64,000 nt of DNA from IMG/VR virus record IMGVR_UViG_3300020477_001008, positions 178,647 to 242,646 of that record; one strand, written 5' to 3'. The translations under genes and the position numbers were made by a program. The notes beneath the pieces are model-generated. The model ran no database searches and had not been told where the DNA came from. It saw nothing but the letters and a program-made list of their open reading frames with translations. Positions 30,393-40,238 of this stretch are shown here, piece by piece. The number at the start of each line of letters is the position of its first letter. Within the stretch, counting starts at the first letter, position 1.

Positions 30393-32116
30393 GTGTAGAG
30401 AACTTTGAACAGAGACATAAGCATTATGATGTAGTTCCTGAGATAGGATCTAGGACAGATAAAGTACAACCTTTATGGCGTGATGATGACGGCAGAACAA
30501 TGTTTCAATATGAACGTGTTGATAGATTAGAGCTAGAATTTAATAATACCTGTTTCTTATATTGTGGTGGTTGTGGTAGAACATTTAATAGTAAAATTGA
30601 ACAAGCAGGTAAAAAAATTATTACATTAGAAAATATTAAAAGGTTTTTTCCACCTGAGTTTTGTAAACAACTTCGTTGGTTTTTAAGTTGCGGTAATTAT
30701 GGGGAACCAGCGGCACACCCTGAAATGTTAGATATTCTAAGATGGTTTAGAAATAATGGAACTAGAAATGTTTCAATTGGAACAAACGGTAGTTCTAGAG
30801 ATCCTGAGTTTTGGAAAGAAGTTGCAGGAATTATAAATGGCCCTGGTGGCTCAAGAGGCGATATTAAAAATTTCGGTGGTGGTAGAGTTACTTTTAGTAT
30901 TGACGGTTTAGAAGATACTAATCACTTGTATCGTATTGGTGCACGATGGGATAAGTTAATGGCTAACACAGAAGCATTTATAAATGCTGGCGGTAGAGCT
31001 AGATGGCAGTTTATTACATTTAATCATAATTCACATCAGTTACAAAAAGCTAGAGATATGGCTAAAGAACTTGGGTTTAGTGAATTTGTTGAAAAAATGA
31101 GTTTTAGATTTATTCCAGTACGTTTATCAAAACGTCACGCAGAACAGTTAGCGGATGAAGCCGAGTGGAAAATGGTTCAAGAAAAAGAAGCAACTGAAAG
31201 AGCTAGAAGAAAAAATACAAAAGATGATGGTAATAATGCTTTGACTCCTGAATCAGGTCGTCTACAGCCATCAAAAGATTTATTAGAAGGAAAATCAAAA
31301 AGAGCTGATAAAGTAGGAGGTATAATTGAACACCCTATTAACATTTCAGAAAAGCAAGAGTTTAGACATCCAGATAGAGAGATGTTAGCAAAACAAAGAC
31401 AAAAAGGTACTAAAGCTGTTAAAGGAAAAGATCACTATTCACAAAAACATAAAATTATTTGTCAAAATAGAACTGAACCAAGAATTTATGTTGATGCTAC
31501 TGGTAAAATATGGCCTTGTAATTGGTTAGGTGGAATTGAGTTTTATGAAACTGATAGTAATCCGTATAAACAACATTGGCCAATACCAAGTCAATTACAT
31601 CACGGTGTACCTATTGAATTCAACAATTTACACAATGAAGAATATAAAGATGATCCTAATCCAGTAAGAACTATTTTAGAAAGTCCGTGGTATTCACATT
31701 TATTAGAAGAAGATTGGACTAGAGAAGATGACCCAGAAGGAGTTTTACAACCAGCAAAATGTAAACAAATGTGTCATACAGAATTAGGTACAGGTATATT
31801 TGAAAAAATGCGTAGGAATGAACAAAACCTTGTTACAGGTGAATATAAAGATGTAAATGAAATTCACGGATTAACACCACCACAAGGTGGATCAGGTTGG
31901 GGTAAAGGATCTGCTATACAAATTGATGAGAAAAATACTACCAAAGTAGAAGATGTAGCAGGTATACATAAAGATTCTGCAACTGACGTAAAAATTATTG
32001 ATGAAGATGATATAAGACTTTACAAATCTTATAAGCAAATGGATGATGGTACTATTAAAACAAGAGTCACTGATGATGAAAGAAAGATATCTAAAAAAGA
32101 TGACAAAGGTGAATAA
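30389..32116 (+). CDS. Radical SAM protein, class B, with long charged insertion
   Basis: CFLYCGGC, GNYGEP, GTNGS, FSIDGLEDTNHLYR; C...WPCN...CKQMC. Confidence 0.88.
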   Translation: MSVENFEQRHKHYDVVPEIGSRTDKVQPLWRDDDGRTMFQYERVDRLELEFNNTCFLYCGGCGRTFNSKIEQAGKKIITLENIKRFFPPEFCKQLRWFLSCGNYGEPAAHPEMLDILRWFRNNGTRNVSIGTNGSSRDPEFWKEVAGIINGPGGSRGDIKNFGGGRVTFSIDGLEDTNHLYRIGARWDKLMANTEAFINAGGRARWQFITFNHNSHQLQKARDMAKELGFSEFVEKMSFRFIPVRLSKRHAEQLADEAEWKMVQEKEATERARRKNTKDDGNNALTPESGRLQPSKDLLEGKSKRADKVGGIIEHPINISEKQEFRHPDREMLAKQRQKGTKAVKGKDHYSQKHKIICQNRTEPRIYVDATGKIWPCNWLGGIEFYETDSNPYKQHWPIPSQLHHGVPIEFNNLHNEEYKDDPNPVRTILESPWYSHLLEEDWTREDDPEGVLQPAKCKQMCHTELGTGIFEKMRRNEQNLVTGEYKDVNEIHGLTPPQGGSGWGKGSAIQIDEKNTTKVEDVAGIHKDSATDVKIIDEDDIRLYKSYKQMDDGTIKTRVTDDERKISKKDDKGE

Positions 32117-33152
32117 GAAAATATATCCAAAATGTTTGTTTACTACAAAAGCAAAAGCAACTTATATTAGTCACGATGGCTATGTAAGACCTTGTTGCTT
32201 TGTTCATAGGCATAATAAAACTGAAAGAGATGAACCGTGGATGGTTGATTTTAAACATAATATTGGTTCTGGTAAAAGTTTAGAAGAAATGTTTAGTACT
32301 CCTGAGTATACAGATTTTTTTAATAGGTTAAAGACTGGAAAAGATATACCTGAAAGATGTTATGAAGTCTGTGGAAAAGTTCAAACAAATGTTGGAACAG
32401 ATCATAGAAAAGAAAAAACAACAAATGAAGTACCAAGATGGACTAAAGCAGTTGAGCAGTCATATGAAGAAACATATAAAGTACAAAAGAAATTACAAGT
32501 AGATGTAACTCACAGATGCAGTTTAGGTTGTCCTAAATGTATGAGGTTTGAAGCAAATTGGACAGATCCAGTAACTAAAAAGAAATATGCCCTAGCTCAT
32601 CAAGTTTTAAAAAAAGTAGAATTACAAGTAGATGATTTTAAAAAGTTATTTAAAGAAAATCCGCAGATGTGTAAAGGTGATGTTGATTTTTGTGGTACTT
32701 GGAGTGATGCAATTTATCATCCTGAATTTTTAGAAATTTGTAGAGTAATTAAAAACAATGGTGCTAATATTAATATTGCAACAAATGGATCTCGTAAAAA
32801 ACCAGAATGGTGGGATGAATTATATAGTATGATGGATCCTGCTTGGGATTCAATTGTATTTGGAATGGACGGTTTAAAAGATACAGCAGACAAATATAGA
32901 AAATATATTATATACGATGATGTTATTACAGCAATGAAAAAAGGTGCTGATGCTGGATTTGTTAAAAATAAATGGTCCTTTATTGTTTTTAATTTTAATC
33001 AACATCAAGTTTATGAAGCAGAACAATTAGCAAAAGATATTGGAATAAAATTTGAAATAGTAAAATCACATAGATGGGATGGACCAAATGATCCATACAT
33101 ACCTACTAAAGAATGGTTACCACAATCAACAATCAAGGAGTACAATTTATAA
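32100..33152 (+). CDS. Radical SAM protein, class B core with the Cys module moved to the N-terminus
   Basis: PKC...RPCC...CYEVC precedes CSLGCPKC, ATNGS, FGMDGLKDTADKYR; start may be GTG 32109. Confidence 0.88.
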   Translation: MTKVNKKIYPKCLFTTKAKATYISHDGYVRPCCFVHRHNKTERDEPWMVDFKHNIGSGKSLEEMFSTPEYTDFFNRLKTGKDIPERCYEVCGKVQTNVGTDHRKEKTTNEVPRWTKAVEQSYEETYKVQKKLQVDVTHRCSLGCPKCMRFEANWTDPVTKKKYALAHQVLKKVELQVDDFKKLFKENPQMCKGDVDFCGTWSDAIYHPEFLEICRVIKNNGANINIATNGSRKKPEWWDELYSMMDPAWDSIVFGMDGLKDTADKYRKYIIYDDVITAMKKGADAGFVKNKWSFIVFNFNQHQVYEAEQLAKDIGIKFEIVKSHRWDGPNDPYIPTKEWLPQSTIKEYNL

Positions 33153-34363
33153 TGCATAGGGCAAATGAATTAAAAGAAGTACAACTTGAAATATCAAGTA
33201 ATTGTCAAGCAGGCTGTATGGAATGCAGTAGATGGAAAATGTTAGATGGAAAACAAATACCTAATCCAAATGTAAAATTTGGTGCCGCAGGTAATATGAG
33301 TATTGATTTAATTAAAGAAACGTTTGATAGAAAAATATTACCTGTGTTTGAATTTATAGCACTTGATGGTAATTATGGAGATAGTTTAATACATCCACAA
33401 AGTCTTGAAATTATAGAACACTTGCTTTTAACATTTGGAGATAGAAAAAATCCTGCACTTAAAACTAATGTTCCAGTACATATTGAAATAAATTCAAATG
33501 GTGGTTATCATAATAAAGATTATTGGTATGAATTAGGAAAGCTGTTTGCTAAACATAGAGAATTAAATGGAGATAGAGAAAGTTCAGTTTGTTTTGGAAT
33601 AGATGGAACTGATAATGAAACACACGACAAATATAGAAGAAATGTTGTATATGATAAAGTTATTGAACACGCAGAACAATTTATAAAAGGTGGTGGCAGA
33701 GCTGAATGGAAATATTTGGAGTTTGATCATAATGTACATCAAACAGATGAAGCTAGGAAGATAGCTAAAGAAATGGGATTTAAAAAATTTTTTGTAAAAA
33801 GATCTAGATGGGTTGATGCCGCATTACGTGAAATTGTAGAACAAAAGCAAACAGGCGACTCGTCAGGAACAACTATACAAGGTGCAAAATTAGGTAAAAA
33901 AGCTGGAGCGACATATAGCAGGATACCAAAAGCAAAAAAAGATTTTGTTAAAAAAGTAGAACAGCAAGTTAGCAAGTATAAAGATTATTTTAATGAAGTA
34001 CCAATAAGTTGTTATTGGAGGAATCAAAAAAGAATACAAATAGAGTATGATGGTGCTGTATGGCAATGTTGTCATTTTCCACCAGTTTATAGTGTTGATA
34101 TGAGACCAGATAATCAAAGAGGAAAATGGGAATTAGAAAAAGCTAAAGAATATGATTATTATCGTGCAACATATGGCAATGATTGGAATAATTTAAACAA
34201 GCATAATTTAGTTAATATATTAGAACACCCTTATTTTGATTCTATTGAGAGAAGTTGGAGCCATACAACTAAAGATAAAATAGAACCAAGATTGTCGCGA
34301 TGTGTTGAAAAATGTGCTATAACTACTAAAGCATTAACAAAAGATAAAAGGGAAAGATTATAA
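33152..34363 (+). CDS. Radical SAM protein, class B
   Basis: CQAGCMEC, GNYGD, NSNGG, FGIDGTDNETHDKYR; C...QCC...CVEKC; AAGGAG SD upstream of ATG 33152. Confidence 0.88.
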   Translation: MHRANELKEVQLEISSNCQAGCMECSRWKMLDGKQIPNPNVKFGAAGNMSIDLIKETFDRKILPVFEFIALDGNYGDSLIHPQSLEIIEHLLLTFGDRKNPALKTNVPVHIEINSNGGYHNKDYWYELGKLFAKHRELNGDRESSVCFGIDGTDNETHDKYRRNVVYDKVIEHAEQFIKGGGRAEWKYLEFDHNVHQTDEARKIAKEMGFKKFFVKRSRWVDAALREIVEQKQTGDSSGTTIQGAKLGKKAGATYSRIPKAKKDFVKKVEQQVSKYKDYFNEVPISCYWRNQKRIQIEYDGAVWQCCHFPPVYSVDMRPDNQRGKWELEKAKEYDYYRATYGNDWNNLNKHNLVNILEHPYFDSIERSWSHTTKDKIEPRLSRCVEKCAITTKALTKDKRERL

Positions 34364-35742
34364 TGTCAGCAAAAGATGTATATTGTCCAATACCGTGGAT
34401 GTTCCAAGCAGTCAGGAACAATGGTGATGTGAGAATATGCTGTCAAGCCAATGTTACTAAAAATCAAGGAGTAGTAAGAAAAGAAGATGGATCATCATAT
34501 AATGCTGGAAAAGATGATATGGATGAAGCCAGAAATGCTGAGCTAATGAAAATTGTTAGAAAAAATATGCTTGAAGGACGTTGGAGTCACGAATGTGGTA
34601 GATGTAAAAAAGAAGAAGAAGCTGGTTTACGAAGTAGAAGACAATATGAACAGGAATGGGGATTTAAATTAGAAGACGCAATACGAATTACTAATGAAGA
34701 TGGTACTATTAAAACTGATGATACACCTTTAGTATATTATGATTTACGTTTTGGTAACTTATGTAATTTAAAATGTAGAATGTGCGGACCAACAGATAGT
34801 CACAGTTGGTATGAAGACTGGCTTGCCTTACACGGAGGTGATGGGTTTCAAGATACTCACGGATATGTAAAATTAAACAAAAATAATAAAGGCAGATTGG
34901 AAACAAACGATTATGATTGGCACAGTAGTGAAAGTTTCTGGAATAATATAGAAAAAAATATTCCTAATATGCAACACGTTTATATGGCAGGTGGAGAACC
35001 TTTAATGATAGAAAGACATTATGACTTTTTACAAAAATGTGTTGATATGGGTCAAGCAGAAAAAATGATAATTGAATATAATACTAATATGACTAATTTG
35101 CAACCTCGTGTTTTAAAATTATGGGAAAAATTTAAAACAGTAAGAGTTGGAGCGTCGATCGATGGAATAGGTAAAGTATTAGAGTATCAAAGGTATCCAG
35201 CTAAATGGAAATCAGTTTTAAAAAATTTACAAGCAGTTGATAACCTAGGACCAAATGTTCAAGGTTGGTTAGCTTGTACAGTTACAACGGTAAATGTATT
35301 TCATATACCAGAATTTATAAAATGGAAAATTATGGAGAGTGGATTTAAAAAGTTTAATACTGGAAAAAAATTACCAGTGTTAACTATACACGTAGCACAC
35401 TCACCAGGCCACGCCTGTATTAAAACTCTACCTCCTGAGTTAAAACAAATAGTTAGAGAAAAGTATGATAATTTTAAAGATTGGCTAATCAATGCAGATT
35501 TAGATGAAAAATATGTACACGCATCTATGAAAATTATTAATAGTATAGTTGACTATATGATGAGTGGCGACAATGGTGGTAAAGGTTGGGGCTGGTTTAA
35601 AATGTATACAAGAACATTAGATTTACGTAGAAAACAAAATATATTAGATATAGCACCTGAGTATGAACCATATTTTAGAGATTTAGATCATATTGATCAG
35701 AACATAAGAGAGAGTGAAAATGCAAGAGTCGGACAAACCTAA
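34363..35742 (+). CDS. Radical SAM protein, class A
   Basis: CPIPW...ICC...CGRC; GNLCNLKCRMC; AGGEP; SIDG. Confidence 0.92.
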   Translation: MSAKDVYCPIPWMFQAVRNNGDVRICCQANVTKNQGVVRKEDGSSYNAGKDDMDEARNAELMKIVRKNMLEGRWSHECGRCKKEEEAGLRSRRQYEQEWGFKLEDAIRITNEDGTIKTDDTPLVYYDLRFGNLCNLKCRMCGPTDSHSWYEDWLALHGGDGFQDTHGYVKLNKNNKGRLETNDYDWHSSESFWNNIEKNIPNMQHVYMAGGEPLMIERHYDFLQKCVDMGQAEKMIIEYNTNMTNLQPRVLKLWEKFKTVRVGASIDGIGKVLEYQRYPAKWKSVLKNLQAVDNLGPNVQGWLACTVTTVNVFHIPEFIKWKIMESGFKKFNTGKKLPVLTIHVAHSPGHACIKTLPPELKQIVREKYDNFKDWLINADLDEKYVHASMKIINSIVDYMMSGDNGGKGWGWFKMYTRTLDLRRKQNILDIAPEYEPYFRDLDHIDQNIRESENARVGQT

Positions 35743-36973
35743 AACTTTTTGCGTTGCCCCATTTTCTCATATGTGGTATCGTAATTCTGGAAACTATTAT
35801 GTCTTTAAACCTTGTTGTGAGGTAAGAGATAATGATGTTTATTATATTGATAAAAATAAAAATCATAAAGATAATGTAATTGCTGAATATTGGAATAGTG
35901 AATGGATTAAAGATATTCGAAAAACTATGTTGGAAAATAAACCGCATAAGATTTGTACAGATTGTTATAAAGTTGAAAAAACAACTGGACGTAAGCACAG
36001 AGATGATTATGCTGGATATTTAAAAGATAATACTATAGAGTTTAATGTTGATACTGGAAATAAATGGAATACACCATTAACACTTGATTATAGACCAAGT
36101 AACTTATGTAATTTAAAATGTAGAATGTGTGGCCCTGGTAGTAGTACTGAGTGGGCTAAAGAAATTGAAAGATATAAAAATTCACATTATCAAAATTTAG
36201 ATAAAATGGAAGATGGCACAGAAGTTATAATGATGTCAACGGACAATGCATTTATGTTTGATAGGGAAACAAATGCAGATGACCAATATAAAAATTTACC
36301 TTTAGACAACATAAGAAGAGCCGCTTTCTTAGGTGGAGAACCTTTATTAAATGAAGAAGTTTTTAATATAATGTCTAATTGGATAAAATTAGGAAAAGAT
36401 AATATTAAGATACAAATAACTACAAATGGTACAAGTTTTACAGATAGATGGTTAAAGTTATTTTCTAAATTCAAAAGAATAAAACTTGTAATTAGTTTAG
36501 ATGGTGTAGGTAATACTTTTGATTATATTAGAACAAATGCAAACTGGGATAAAGTTTTAGAAAATTGTAAAAATTTATCTAAATTAGATCATATTACAAT
36601 ATGTTTTAGTTATTGTATACAGATGTATAATGTTTTTGGTTTAGTTGAGATACTTGAATTTTTAAAGACTTGGAAACAACCAAAAGATGATACTCATATT
36701 TTTGAAGTAGTATTCCAAAATTTTCTTTCAACATCAATGTTAGATACAGAAGATTATAATAAAGTTATTTCAGAGTTACAAGATTATAGAAATAAAAATT
36801 TAGATAGAACTATTGAAGTGGATGAAATATTAGGTATTCTAAAGTATGATAGGAATAGAGTTGTATCAGATGCAGAGAAAAAGTATTTTATAAGTTATAC
36901 AAATAAACTAGACGAAGCTAGGAAAACTAGCCTTATTGATTTAAATCAGGATTTTAAAAAATACTTGATTTAA
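35720..36973 (+). CDS. Radical SAM protein, class A
   Basis: CVAPF...PCC...CTDC; SNLCNLKCRMC; LGGEP; SLDG. Confidence 0.92.
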   Translation: MQESDKPKTFCVAPFSHMWYRNSGNYYVFKPCCEVRDNDVYYIDKNKNHKDNVIAEYWNSEWIKDIRKTMLENKPHKICTDCYKVEKTTGRKHRDDYAGYLKDNTIEFNVDTGNKWNTPLTLDYRPSNLCNLKCRMCGPGSSTEWAKEIERYKNSHYQNLDKMEDGTEVIMMSTDNAFMFDRETNADDQYKNLPLDNIRRAAFLGGEPLLNEEVFNIMSNWIKLGKDNIKIQITTNGTSFTDRWLKLFSKFKRIKLVISLDGVGNTFDYIRTNANWDKVLENCKNLSKLDHITICFSYCIQMYNVFGLVEILEFLKTWKQPKDDTHIFEVVFQNFLSTSMLDTEDYNKVISELQDYRNKNLDRTIEVDEILGILKYDRNRVVSDAEKKYFISYTNKLDEARKTSLIDLNQDFKKYLI

Positions 36974-36993
36974 TGGGAAAGTTATTATATAAT
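36965..36993 (+). promoter_or_regulatory. Sigma70-type promoter for tRNA-Glu/fpr
   Basis: TTGATT-N17-TATAAT. Confidence 0.65.
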
Positions 36994-37003
36994 ATAGGTG
37001 CGT

Positions 37004-37078
37004 GGTCCCTTCGTCTATCGGTTAGGACAGCGGTTTTTCATACCGCAAAGAGGAGTTCGATTCTCCTAGGGACTACCA
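37004..37078 (+). tRNA. tRNA-Glu (TTC)
   Basis: GGTCCCT/AGGGACT, GCGGT TT TTC AT ACCGC, TTCGATT, CCA. Confidence 0.96.
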
Positions 37079-37096
37079 GAATAAAAAGGAATTAAA

Positions 37097-37864
37097 ATGG
37101 CGTTAGTAAAAGAAAAAGTAACAGAAGTTAAACATTGGTCTGATAAGACCTTCACATTTAAAACAACACGTAGTCCGGGCTTTAGATTTAACAATGGTGA
37201 ATTTGTAATGATGGGCTTAGAGCACGAAGGTAAAAAAATTGTTAGGGCTTATAGTGTAGCTTCAGCAAATTATGAAGATTATTTAGAATGGGTATCAATA
37301 AAAATTCAAGATGGACCGTTAACATCTAAATTACAACATATAAAAGTTGGTGATGAAGTTATTATGATGGATAAAGCAACAGGTACACTTGTAATTGATT
37401 ATTTGAAGCCAGGCCGTAATTTATATCTAGTTTCAACAGGTACAGGACTAGCACCATTTTTAGGTATTATAAAAGATTTAGAAACTTATAATAGATTTGA
37501 AAATGTTATTTTAACTCATACAGTACAATATGAAGAAGAATTAGTTTATAGGGAATATTTAGAATCTTTTAATAAGGAAAAAGAATTTATTACACAAGGA
37601 AATTTTCAATACTTTAATACTTTAACAAAAGGTCCTTGGTTAAGACAAGGTAGAATTACAACTTGGATTAAAGGAAACATATTAACATTATGGAAAGCTG
37701 TTGATAAACCAGAGTTTGATCCAACAAAAGATAGAATGATGATATGTGGATCAATGGGCCTGAATGAAGATTTAATGGAATGGTTAAACGGTACAGGCGC
37801 AAAAGAAGGTAACACGTCAACACCAGGGGACTATGTTGTAGAAAAAGCTTTCGTACAAAAATAA
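37097..37864 (+). CDS. fpr: Ferredoxin/flavodoxin-NADP+ reductase
   Basis: FTFKTTR, RAYSVAS, KIQDGPLTSKL, GTLVID, STGTGLAPF, MICGS, PGDYVVEKAF. Confidence 0.93.
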   Translation: MALVKEKVTEVKHWSDKTFTFKTTRSPGFRFNNGEFVMMGLEHEGKKIVRAYSVASANYEDYLEWVSIKIQDGPLTSKLQHIKVGDEVIMMDKATGTLVIDYLKPGRNLYLVSTGTGLAPFLGIIKDLETYNRFENVILTHTVQYEEELVYREYLESFNKEKEFITQGNFQYFNTLTKGPWLRQGRITTWIKGNILTLWKAVDKPEFDPTKDRMMICGSMGLNEDLMEWLNGTGAKEGNTSTPGDYVVEKAFVQK

Positions 37865-37867
37865 TAA

Positions 37868-38653
37868 ATGAAATATTGGCAAAAAAACGTAGATCAAAAA
37901 CCAAATTGGCATATTTGGGGTACTGGACAATCTTTCTGGCCTAAAAATTATTCTAATCAAGTACTGAATTGGTGTGACTCAGACAATAAATCTCGTTTTA
38001 ATTTTAATATGAAAACACATAAAAGTAAATTAGAGAAACTAGGATGGACTAATTCAAACATCACGTATTCTTTTAATAAAGAGAGTTTTCGTAGTGATAG
38101 TTTTAGAAAAAAATGTAGTATACTTTTTAATGGATGTTCACAAACAATGGGGACAGGATTACCTTTAGAAAAAACTTGGACAAATCAAGTTGCTAATTAT
38201 TATAAAGTAAATTATCACAATCTTGCAATAGCTGGTTCTGATTGGAATGCTATAGCACAGAGATCAGTATTTTGGTTGCCTAGACTTAAACCAAAAGTAC
38301 ATATTATCAAAGCACCACCTTCACAAAGATTTACTTGGTGGAAGGACCGAGTACTTATAGGGTCTTCTGATATGTCACGGCAAGAATTATTAAAAAATAA
38401 AGCAGTAGTTGATATAATTGATGATGGTGCAAACTATGAATGGATGAGATATTCAGCTATGAAAGTAATAGAAACTATCTGTAAAGATTTAGATATTAAA
38501 TTACTATATGTTCCTATGGGTAGGATCAGTAAATCTAACTCCGGTGATTTAGCTAGAGATTTAGTGCATTGGGGTTGTATTGAAAATGATAAACTAGCAG
38601 ACTGGGTTATTAAAAAAATGAAAGAGAAAAAATATGAAAATTTTATTAACTGA
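37868..38653 (+). CDS. SGNH/GDSL hydrolase-like protein
   Basis: FNGCSQTMG (block I), NLAIAGSD, DLVHWG (DxxH). Confidence 0.45.
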   Translation: MKYWQKNVDQKPNWHIWGTGQSFWPKNYSNQVLNWCDSDNKSRFNFNMKTHKSKLEKLGWTNSNITYSFNKESFRSDSFRKKCSILFNGCSQTMGTGLPLEKTWTNQVANYYKVNYHNLAIAGSDWNAIAQRSVFWLPRLKPKVHIIKAPPSQRFTWWKDRVLIGSSDMSRQELLKNKAVVDIIDDGANYEWMRYSAMKVIETICKDLDIKLLYVPMGRISKSNSGDLARDLVHWGCIENDKLADWVIKKMKEKKYENFIN

Positions 38654-39236
38654 TATAGACGGTGTAGTATTAGATTGGGTAAAACATTTTGAAGCTTATC
38701 TAGACAAGTACTATCCAGATAATAAATTAGCAAATCCAAAAGAATTTGATTTGACTTTAAGATATACGGATTTAAAACCAATGTCAGAATCAATGGGTAA
38801 AGATAAAGACTTTATGAGAAATGTAGTTAAAAATTTTAACACTACAGCCTGGATTGGATTTTTAGAACCTTTTAGAGATGCAAAAGAAGTATTACCAAAG
38901 TTTAAAGATGCAGGCTACAAAATAATTGCTTGTACGTCAATGGGCACTGATCCTTACTCAAATGCTTTAAGAAAAATGAATTTAGAACAACATTTTCCTG
39001 GAGTATTTGATCAAGTAGATATTATTCCATTTGCTGAACCTAAAGGAAATTGGTTAAAGCAATATAGAGATTCTGGAGCATATTGGATAGAAGACAAATG
39101 GACTAATGCAGTTGCAGGAGCAGATGTGGGGTTAAATACACTTATAATGAAGCACGAATATAATGCTTTTATGAAGGATAGTAGAATAAGACACGTTGAT
39201 AACTGGCAACAAATATATTCTATAATAAAAAAATAA
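38634..39236 (+). CDS. HAD-family 5'(3')-nucleotidase-like phosphatase
   Basis: TDIDGVVLDW, CTS, K, WIEDK motifs. Confidence 0.75.
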   Translation: MKILLTDIDGVVLDWVKHFEAYLDKYYPDNKLANPKEFDLTLRYTDLKPMSESMGKDKDFMRNVVKNFNTTAWIGFLEPFRDAKEVLPKFKDAGYKIIACTSMGTDPYSNALRKMNLEQHFPGVFDQVDIIPFAEPKGNWLKQYRDSGAYWIEDKWTNAVAGADVGLNTLIMKHEYNAFMKDSRIRHVDNWQQIYSIIKK

Positions 39237-40220
39237 ATGTACGGACAACAAAAACTATTAAGAATTAAAAATATTATTGATATCTATAAGAATGATGCTT
39301 GTAGTAAATGTGGTACTGCGATAGCATCAGATCAAAAAGAGCAGATTCTTCTTTATTCAAGAAATGATGTATCTCCTATTAGAGATTACTATAAAAAGAT
39401 TAATTTCTTATCAGTTAAAATGTTTGTTGGAAATACAAAAGTTTCTCAAGTGAACTTTTTAGATAATAAAGTAAAAATATTACATTCTGAATACTTTAGA
39501 GATAAAGAGTTTCATTTTGATGATACTATATATTTGTTACCATTTTTAAAAGCACTTCATATATATTCAAGAAATAACTTACCTACTACATTAAGAAAAT
39601 TATTAATTGATGATTATAATCAATTTTTAATTAAAGCTGTTCAATCAAATAGTGATTCAGATAATGCAACGTATGGAAAACATATTTCTAATTATAGTCC
39701 ATCAGAGAAGTTAGTAAAAATGTTTCAGAGTGCTAAACCAATTATAGTAGACCAAGAAATAAAAGGATTTGTTTCTCAAAAGTTTTATGAAAAATATGAA
39801 GGACAAGAACTATTCCTTATTATTAATGAAAATTCTCAAGAAAATTTTTTAAATCAATATACAACATCAGATAAAGATAATCATCTTGTTTGGTTAATGA
39901 TAGATGATTTTACTAAATGGTATATTAAAAATAGTGACAATTATAAATTTTTATGTAGTATATGTTTAGGAAAAGCTGAATTCAAAAGATCTAGAAGACT
40001 TTTACCAATATTAGATGAGACGTTTGAAAATAAAGAAATAGTAGATTTAAGACAAGAGTTTAGAGATAAAGTAATTGCTCGAGTTAAACGCGATCAAGAA
40101 GAAACAAAGCGAATGTATAAAGAGTTTAGACCTAAGGCGTATGAAGCCCAATACGGAACTACAGAAACAATTATTAAAGACGGTAAAAAAACTACTATCA
40201 CAAATATCAAAAAAAAATAA
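39237..40220 (+). CDS. Hypothetical protein
   Basis: 327 aa coupled ORF; no motif recognised. Confidence 0.6.
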   Translation: MYGQQKLLRIKNIIDIYKNDACSKCGTAIASDQKEQILLYSRNDVSPIRDYYKKINFLSVKMFVGNTKVSQVNFLDNKVKILHSEYFRDKEFHFDDTIYLLPFLKALHIYSRNNLPTTLRKLLIDDYNQFLIKAVQSNSDSDNATYGKHISNYSPSEKLVKMFQSAKPIIVDQEIKGFVSQKFYEKYEGQELFLIINENSQENFLNQYTTSDKDNHLVWLMIDDFTKWYIKNSDNYKFLCSICLGKAEFKRSRRLLPILDETFENKEIVDLRQEFRDKVIARVKRDQEETKRMYKEFRPKAYEAQYGTTETIIKDGKKTTITNIKKK

Positions 40221-40238
40221 CAAGTAAATATACTTGTT

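Noticed and set aside
31090-31460. Intein or intron in the long insertion of the 30389 radical SAM gene
   Set aside because: No Cys/Ser-start or His-Asn-end splice motifs and no LAGLIDADG; it looks like a charged linker, as in other class B copies.
20169-36973. RiPP precursor peptide for the radical SAM array
   Set aside because: The genes overlap with no room for a small ORF, and I saw no RRE/PqqD domain or peptide repeat; a precursor elsewhere in the genome cannot be excluded.
37004-37078. tRNA-Glu as a dedicated biosynthetic glutamyl donor for the adjacent array
   Set aside because: No LanB/PEARL or HemA-like enzyme is in the window; adjacency alone is insufficient.
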